From Actinomycetota bacterium (GTDB lineage Bacteria; Actinomycetota; Thermoleophilia; Gaiellales; Gaiellaceae): a stretch of 38,000 bases of DNA. The DNA lies in NCBI GenBank assembly GCA_046725305.1, contig JBKOYF010000061.1, forward strand, positions 1 to 38,000, in the 5' to 3' direction. The notes below the pieces were generated by a model, which saw only the letters and a program-made list of their open reading frames with translations, was not told the DNA's origin and did not search any database. This document shows, one piece after another, positions 33,061 through 38,000 of this stretch. The first letter of the stretch is position 1. Each line of letters starts with the position of its first letter. The position numbers were made by a program, and so were the translations under genes.

Positions 33061-33603
33061 ATGCCAAACGCGGAGACCTCCGCCGACGAGGCGGTACGGG
33101 ACCAGGAATCGGCGCCGAGCGACGAGCTGGGCCTCGTCCGGCGCGCGCAGATGGGGAGCGCCGTCGCCTTCGAGCAGCTCGTCGTTCGGCGGGGGCCGGA
33201 GCTCTATCGCTACCTCGCAATCCGCCTGCGGAACGAGAACGACGCGCGAGACGCGCTGCAGGAGACTCTGGCCGCTGCGTGGCAGTCGCTGCCGTCGCTG
33301 AGGGACCCTGCCCGGTTCTGGCCGTGGCTCGTCGCCATCGCCGCGCACAAGGCCGTGGACGTCGCTCGTGCTCGCATTCCGGCCCACGAGCACGCTGACG
33401 TCCTCGACCACGCCGACGCCGACGTGCTCGAGATCCGGGAGGCTCTCGACCGGCTGCCGCGGCGCTTCCGGGAGGTGCTCCTCCTCCGCTACGGGCTCCA
33501 GCTCTCCGAGCACGAGGTCGCAGACGTGCTCGGCGTCCGGGTGGGCACCGTCAAGTCGAGGAGCGCCCGCGCGCGCATTGCCCTCGAGGAGCTTCTGCGG
33601 TGA
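33061..33603 (+). CDS. ECF (sigma-70 family, group 4) RNA polymerase sigma factor
   Basis: 180 aa. Region 2 (DARDALQETLAAAWQSL...WLVAIAAHKAVD) and region 4 (LPRRFREVLLLRYGLQLSEHEVADVLGVRVGTVKSR). Confidence 0.9.
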   Translation: MPNAETSADEAVRDQESAPSDELGLVRRAQMGSAVAFEQLVVRRGPELYRYLAIRLRNENDARDALQETLAAAWQSLPSLRDPARFWPWLVAIAAHKAVDVARARIPAHEHADVLDHADADVLEIREALDRLPRRFREVLLLRYGLQLSEHEVADVLGVRVGTVKSRSARARIALEELLR

Positions 33604-34847
33604 GCCCCGTATCCGATCCGTTCCTGCGGCTCTGGCGGAGCGTCGTTCCGCCGAGCTCCAACGAGCTGCGCGACCTCGCCCGGCACGCCGCTGTCGAACC
33701 TCAGCTCGTCGACACGCAAACCGTCCAGCGTCGCCGCTTCCGAGCTCGCTGGGCAGTCGCCATCGCGTCGGTGGCGCTGCTCGCCGGGAGCGGCCTCGGC
33801 TTCGGGCTCGGAAGCGCCGTCACGCCGAGCAGCTCCGCAGGCGACAACTTCGTCGGCTTCGGCTTCCTCCCCGCGCGCAGCTGGAACGTCGCGCAGTCCG
33901 GCGCCGTAGGAGCCGGGATCAAGGGTCATGCGGTCGCCGCGAATGTCCCCCTCCGCGTCACCGGCGCCGCCGACGCCGTCCCGTACACGATGGTCGAGTC
34001 GCTCCCGCGACGCGGGATCATGATTGCCGCGAGCTTTGGCCTGCGCGGGGATCCGGCCGAGGACTTCAGGTTCCCGGTCGGGAGCCTTCCTCTCCGCCTG
34101 GACGACGCCCAACTCGTGCCCACGCCGAGCGCTGGGCTCGTCTCCGAGTCGCTCACGCAGTTCCGCCTCCGCCGTGGCATCGGCGGATCGAACGTCGACG
34201 TGCGGATCTACTTCGGCTCGGTGCCGACGCAGACGATGCTCGCCTCGGCCCAGCGGCAACTCGATCGCCTCGTCGTCGCATCCGACGACGTGACGATCGC
34301 TGCCCGCCCGCAGATCGTTCCTTCGGACAAGCCCGTCACGCTCTTTGGCGCGGTCGCAAACGGCGAGGCGGAAGAACAGGTCGAGATTCAGGCGAAAGAC
34401 TGCGGCCAGTCGTTTTTCCGAGTCGTCGCCGGTACGACGACGACCGAGGGTGGCGGGTGGTCGATGGAGTTCATGCCTGGCATCACGACGACCGTGCGCG
34501 CGGTGTGGAAGGGACATGCCAGCTCGCAAGTGACCTTGCGCCAGCGGGCGATCTTGCGATTCGCGCCGAAGGCTTCAGATCGAACCCGCTTCGTCGTGAG
34601 CGTCGTGGCCAGAGCACAGTTTTGGCACAGGAAGGTGCATATCCAGCGCTTCGACAGACGGCTAGGCACCTGGAAGCTCTTTCGCTCGGTACTCCTGACG
34701 GAGCAGAACGCTCCGGGCGCGTGGACGTGGACCTCAGGCGAGTTCACAGCCCGCCTGCCGAAGGGCACGATGCTGCGCGCAGTGCTCCCCGCGTCGCAGG
34801 CGCAACCCTGCTACCTGGCCGGAACGAGCCTGCCGGTGCGGACGTGA
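33600..34847 (+). CDS. putative anti-sigma factor: short cytoplasmic N-terminus, one TM span, uncharacterised extracytoplasmic domain of about 340 aa
   Basis: 415 aa, GTG start in a GTGA overlap with the sigma stop. TM span WAVAIASVALLAGSGLGFGLG at residues about 50-72. No HxxxCxxC zinc motif. Confidence 0.65.
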   Translation: MSPVSDPFLRLWRSVVPPSSNELRDLARHAAVEPQLVDTQTVQRRRFRARWAVAIASVALLAGSGLGFGLGSAVTPSSSAGDNFVGFGFLPARSWNVAQSGAVGAGIKGHAVAANVPLRVTGAADAVPYTMVESLPRRGIMIAASFGLRGDPAEDFRFPVGSLPLRLDDAQLVPTPSAGLVSESLTQFRLRRGIGGSNVDVRIYFGSVPTQTMLASAQRQLDRLVVASDDVTIAARPQIVPSDKPVTLFGAVANGEAEEQVEIQAKDCGQSFFRVVAGTTTTEGGGWSMEFMPGITTTVRAVWKGHASSQVTLRQRAILRFAPKASDRTRFVVSVVARAQFWHRKVHIQRFDRRLGTWKLFRSVLLTEQNAPGAWTWTSGEFTARLPKGTMLRAVLPASQAQPCYLAGTSLPVRT

Positions 34848-35854
34848 CCGACGCAGCACGGCTTCCGCGAGCCGTCGAGCTCGCCGCCCGCCTCCTCGCC
34901 AACGTCGAGACCGTCGTGCACGGCAAGAGCGACGAGATCCGGCTCGTGCTCTCGGCGCTCGTGTGCGGCGGCCACGTGCTGCTCGAGGACGTGCCCGGCA
35001 CGGCCAAGACGGTGCTCGCGCGGGCGATCGCCGGCAGCGTCGAGGGCATGTCGTTCGCGCGCGTGCAGTGCACGCCCGACCTGCAGCCCACCGACGTCAC
35101 GGGGCTCTCGGTCTTCAACCAGCGCGACCGCGACTTCGAGTTCCGGCCCGGCCCGATCTTCGCGAATGTGGTGCTGGTCGACGAGATCAACCGCGCGATG
35201 CCGAAGACGCAGTCGGCTCTGCTCGAAGGGATGGCGGAGCAGCAGGTGACGATCGACGGCGTCACCCGCGAGCTGCCGGACCCGTTCCTCGTCCTCGCCA
35301 CGGAGAACCCAATCGAGCAGGAGGGCACGTTCCCGCTCCCGGAGGCGCAACTCGACCGCTTCTTCCTGCGCACGGCGCTCGGGTATCCGAGCGCGAGCGA
35401 CGAGCTTCGCATCGTCGTCGAGCAGGTCGAGGTGCACCCGCTGCGCCTCCTGCGACCGGTGCTGAGCCGAGAGGAGGTTCGGCAGATCCAGGCGGCGGTG
35501 CGGGAGGTCTACATCGACCCGCTGCTCCGCGAGTGGGCGATCGCGCTCGTACGCGCGACGCGGAAGATCGAGGGTGTCGCCATCGGATCCTCCGTTCGCG
35601 GGAGCATCGCCCTCGAGCGCGCCACGCGCGCGTGGGCGCTCCTCTGGGGACGCGACTACGTCGTTCCGGGCGACGTCAAGCAGCTCTTTCTGCCGATCGT
35701 GACCCACCGCATCGTGTTCACGCCGAGCTTCGTCGCGATCGCGCGCGACGTCGGCTGGGATGCAGCCACCGCGGATTTCCGGGATCAGTGCCTAGCGCTC
35801 GCCCCGCCGCCGGGCGCGGACCTCGAGCTCGAGGCGGTCGCGGCGACGGAGTGA
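34844..35854 (+). CDS. MoxR-family AAA+ ATPase
   Basis: ORF 33368..35854 trimmed to the GTG at 34844 (GTGA overlap). Walker A LEDVPGTAKT, Walker B VVLVDEINRA, and ATENPIEQEGTFPLPEAQLDRF. Confidence 0.9.
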   Translation: MTDAARLPRAVELAARLLANVETVVHGKSDEIRLVLSALVCGGHVLLEDVPGTAKTVLARAIAGSVEGMSFARVQCTPDLQPTDVTGLSVFNQRDRDFEFRPGPIFANVVLVDEINRAMPKTQSALLEGMAEQQVTIDGVTRELPDPFLVLATENPIEQEGTFPLPEAQLDRFFLRTALGYPSASDELRIVVEQVEVHPLRLLRPVLSREEVRQIQAAVREVYIDPLLREWAIALVRATRKIEGVAIGSSVRGSIALERATRAWALLWGRDYVVPGDVKQLFLPIVTHRIVFTPSFVAIARDVGWDAATADFRDQCLALAPPPGADLELEAVAATE

Positions 35855-36753
35855 GCGGGGTCACCTTTCCGCTCATTCCGCGGCGGCGCGTGCTCGGGCT
35901 CCCGTTCGGAGGTCTCTCGAGCGCCCGTCGCGGTCAGGGGTCGGACGTCGCCGGGTCGCGGCCGTACCAGCCCGGGGACGACATCGACCGGATCGACTGG
36001 GCGGCGTCGGCGCGTCTCTCCCTGGCGCGGGGAACTGACGAGTTCGTCGTCCGCGAGCACTTCGCGGAGGAGGCGCCGCGCGTCGTCGTTCTCTGCGACC
36101 GCCGACCCACGATGTCGCTGTTCGGAGAGCGCTGGCCATGGCTGCACAAGCCAGAGGCGATTCGCGAGGCGATCCGGCTCATCGGCGACAGCGCCTCGGC
36201 CGCGCGCGGCCTGGTTGGCTATCTCGACGAGGCGGACGGCGATCCGTACTGGCGCCCGCCGAGGAGCGAGCGCGAGCTGGGCCGTATCGACCTCGACCGG
36301 CGTTTCGCCGCGCCCGAGGGCACCGTCGCGCGCGGACTCCGCCACCTCGTCGATCAGCGCCGCGACCTTCCCACGGGCACGTTCGTGTTCGTGCTCTCGG
36401 ACTTCCTCGAGGAGCCGTCGCGCGACGACTGGCTCCACGCTCTCGAACGGCGACTCGAGATCGTGCCGGTGGTGATCCAGGATCCCGTGTGGGAGCAGAG
36501 CTTCCCGCGCGTCCACGGGGCTGCGCTCCCCCTTCGGGACGTTGCCACGAGCCGGCGCGATGTCGCGTACCTCACGGAACCGGAGGTCGCGGCCCGCCGG
36601 GAGGCGAACCAGCTCCGGCTGCGGCGGCTGCTCCACGGCTTCCGATCGCTCGACATGGATCCCGTGCTCGTGTCGTCCCAGGCCTGGCGGGACGTCGTCC
36701 ACTCGTTCCTCACCTGGGCCGACCAGCGCCTGTTCACACGGGGGCCACGCTGA
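35851..36753 (+). CDS. DUF58 domain protein (MoxR-associated, VWA-like fold)
   Basis: ORF 34963..36753 trimmed to the GTG at 35851 (GTGA overlap). SRPYQPGDDIDRIDWAASAR DUF58 signature. Confidence 0.85.
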   Translation: MSGVTFPLIPRRRVLGLPFGGLSSARRGQGSDVAGSRPYQPGDDIDRIDWAASARLSLARGTDEFVVREHFAEEAPRVVVLCDRRPTMSLFGERWPWLHKPEAIREAIRLIGDSASAARGLVGYLDEADGDPYWRPPRSERELGRIDLDRRFAAPEGTVARGLRHLVDQRRDLPTGTFVFVLSDFLEEPSRDDWLHALERRLEIVPVVIQDPVWEQSFPRVHGAALPLRDVATSRRDVAYLTEPEVAARREANQLRLRRLLHGFRSLDMDPVLVSSQAWRDVVHSFLTWADQRLFTRGPR

Positions 36754-36761
36754 GAGCGGGA

Positions 36762-37679
36762 GTGGCAGCACTCGCCCTCGCCGGCCTCCTGCTCGCCACG
36801 GCGGGGTGCGGAGGCGACGACGCGGTACCCGTCCTTCCACCGGGCCGAGCGATCGAGACGAGTCGGACGCTCTCGCCGACGGCCCACCTCTTCGCCGACG
36901 TCGTGCACGCCCGCGTCGACATCGTCGTGGACCGGCGACTCCTCGACCCTGGCCGCATCCGCGTGACGATGAGCTTCGAGCCCTACGAGCGTGTCGGCGA
37001 AGTCCGGGCCACCCGCGACGACCTCGGCGACTACACCCGACTGCGTTACGACCACGCCCTTCGCTGCCTCACCGTCGATTGCATCCCCGTCCGGCTCGAG
37101 AGCCTGCTCGGCGAGCAGGAGACGGGCCGCGGCGAGCGGCGGACGTTCCACTTTCCGCCTGCGCAGGTCCGGTACGACGATCCCGCGAAGGCGAGCCCCG
37201 AGCTGCTCCGGAGCGTCGGGTGGCCGCCGCTCACCTCGGTGTCGCGCCTGAACGAAGCACAAGCGGAAGCGGAGTTCCCGTTCCGCCTGTCACCCGCCGA
37301 GCTGCCGGACCTCTCGTACCGCGTCTCCCCACCGCTGGCCGTGGCGGGGCTCCTGCTGCTCGGCCTGCTCCTGCTGGCGCTTCCTGTGCGGGCGGCGCGT
37401 CGCTGGTGGCGCACGCGGCGGCCCGTTCCGGCACCGGAAGCGCCGGTCGAGCTGAGCCCGCTCGAGCGCGCGCGAGCGCTCGTCGAGTGGAGCTGCGAGC
37501 GCGGAGACGGCGTGGATCGCCGGAAGGCGCTCGCGAATCTCTCGACCGCGCTGGAGCTCGCTGATGCGCCGCGCGTGGCAGCCGCGGCGGAGGGGCTCGC
37601 GTGGTCTAGGCCCGCGCCGGAGCCGGAGGCCACTCTCGCTCTCGCACGCAGGAAGGAGGCCGATGGCGACTCGGGCTGA
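36762..37679 (+). CDS. hypothetical bitopic envelope protein (lipoprotein-like N-terminus, C-proximal TM span, cytoplasmic tail)
   Basis: ORF 36138..37679 trimmed to the GTG at 36762 (MAALALAGLLLATAGCGGDD; start uncertain). Second hydrophobic span PPLAVAGLLLLGLLLLALPV, followed by RAARRWWRTRR. Confidence 0.55.
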   Translation: MAALALAGLLLATAGCGGDDAVPVLPPGRAIETSRTLSPTAHLFADVVHARVDIVVDRRLLDPGRIRVTMSFEPYERVGEVRATRDDLGDYTRLRYDHALRCLTVDCIPVRLESLLGEQETGRGERRTFHFPPAQVRYDDPAKASPELLRSVGWPPLTSVSRLNEAQAEAEFPFRLSPAELPDLSYRVSPPLAVAGLLLLGLLLLALPVRAARRWWRTRRPVPAPEAPVELSPLERARALVEWSCERGDGVDRRKALANLSTALELADAPRVAAAAEGLAWSRPAPEPEATLALARRKEADGDSG

Positions 37680-38000
37680 GCCGCTACGCGAGATTCCGGT
37701 CGCCGAGCGGCAGCCCCTTCGGCTCCCGCTTCGCCGGACGCTCTTCGTACGCGTCCTCCTCGGGCTCGCACTGCTCGCGGCGCTGGCGTACGCGTTCGTC
37801 CTCAGCCGCGGCGAGGACGTCCGGGCGGCGCCGCTCCTTCCTCGAGGCGGCGCGGGCATGGTCGTGCTCGACCTCTCGCTCAGCATCGGCCAGTTCGACC
37901 GCATCGCCGAGACCCTGCGACGGCTTGCGCGCGAGGACGAGCGCGCGGGGCTCGTCGTGTTCTCCGACGCGGCCTACGAGCTGCTGCCGCCGGGCTCTCC
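37663..38000 (+). CDS. VWA-domain membrane protein (BatA-like), 5' part; runs off the window
   Basis: Not in the track (no stop in the window). ATG at 37663 with a GGAAGGAGG SD. My translation gives MATRAEPLREIP..., a TM span (VLLGLALLAALAYAFVL), then the MIDAS-like motif MVVLDLSLSIG (DxSxS). Confidence 0.7.
   Translation, partial: MATRAEPLREIPVAERQPLRLPLRRTLFVRVLLGLALLAALAYAFVLSRGEDVRAAPLLPRGGAGMVVLDLSLSIGQFDRIAETLRRLAREDERAGLVVFSDAAYELLPPGS

Noticed and set aside
33368-34843. Long N-terminal extensions of ORFs 33368..35854, 34963..36753 and 36138..37679
   Set aside because: The extensions are R/P/A-rich and overlap genes in other frames that have real motifs. Family-typical N-termini begin at the GTGA overlaps (34844, 35851) or at 36762.
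1-38000. Search by eye for CRISPR arrays, tandem DNA repeats, IS ends, integrase or transposase genes, rRNA and tRNA
   Set aside because: None recognised. A proper scan (tRNAscan, Infernal/Rfam, repeat finders) is still needed, since reading by eye can miss small RNAs.

Overview
High-GC (about 70 % by eye) actinobacterial-type chromosomal segment, densely packed with about 50 protein-coding genes. I found no rRNA, tRNA, CRISPR array, transposase or integrase by reading. Many long ORFs in the track are antisense or out-of-frame shadow ORFs typical of high-GC DNA. I chose frames by recognisable family motifs, amino-acid composition and start-site context. Left to right: a mixed set of small-molecule and redox enzymes (FAD monooxygenase, three cupins, a quinone oxidoreductase, DUF1801, a DHFR-like reductase), then a PadR plus membrane-sensor pair. 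Next comes a genotoxin-repair-like cluster: two YcaQ/AlkZ-family glycosylase paralogues flanking a Pol-beta nucleotidyltransferase, followed by a VOC/bleomycin-resistance-fold protein. Then LtrA, an FAH and sugar-isomerase pair divergent from glcDEF, and an MBL-CorC-MFS unit divergent from an Rv2578c-type radical SAM gene that carries a clear LexA (SOS) box. Then a NarL-type response regulator with a sensor-less, apparently ATP-lid-degenerate histidine kinase, followed by a 7Fe-type ferredoxin, a CheY-like protein and DUF309. A seven-gene envelope/thiol-redox operon follows (small membrane protein, membrane-fused spermidine-synthase-like protein, GDPD, L,D-transpeptidase, TlpA, CcmH, CcdA), then an ftsB-DUF501 unit. 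The window ends with an ECF sigma / putative anti-sigma pair chained by overlapping start and stop codons to MoxR-DUF58-unknown bitopic protein-VWA. Two window-wide signals stand out. First, TANNNT -10 hexamers sit 6-7 nt upstream of the start codon of at least 11 first genes, and 9 nt upstream at one more (leaderless architecture). Second, there are ten 4-nt start/stop overlaps (nine GTGA, one TTGA). Nothing here is demonstrably a new system. The best candidates for follow-up are the ECF/anti-sigma-MoxR-VWA chain, the pseudo-kinase two-component unit, the double-YcaQ/nucleotidyltransferase cluster with its CGAAC-N5-GTTCG operator, and the SOS-boxed radical SAM gene. All family calls come from remembered motifs, not database searches.
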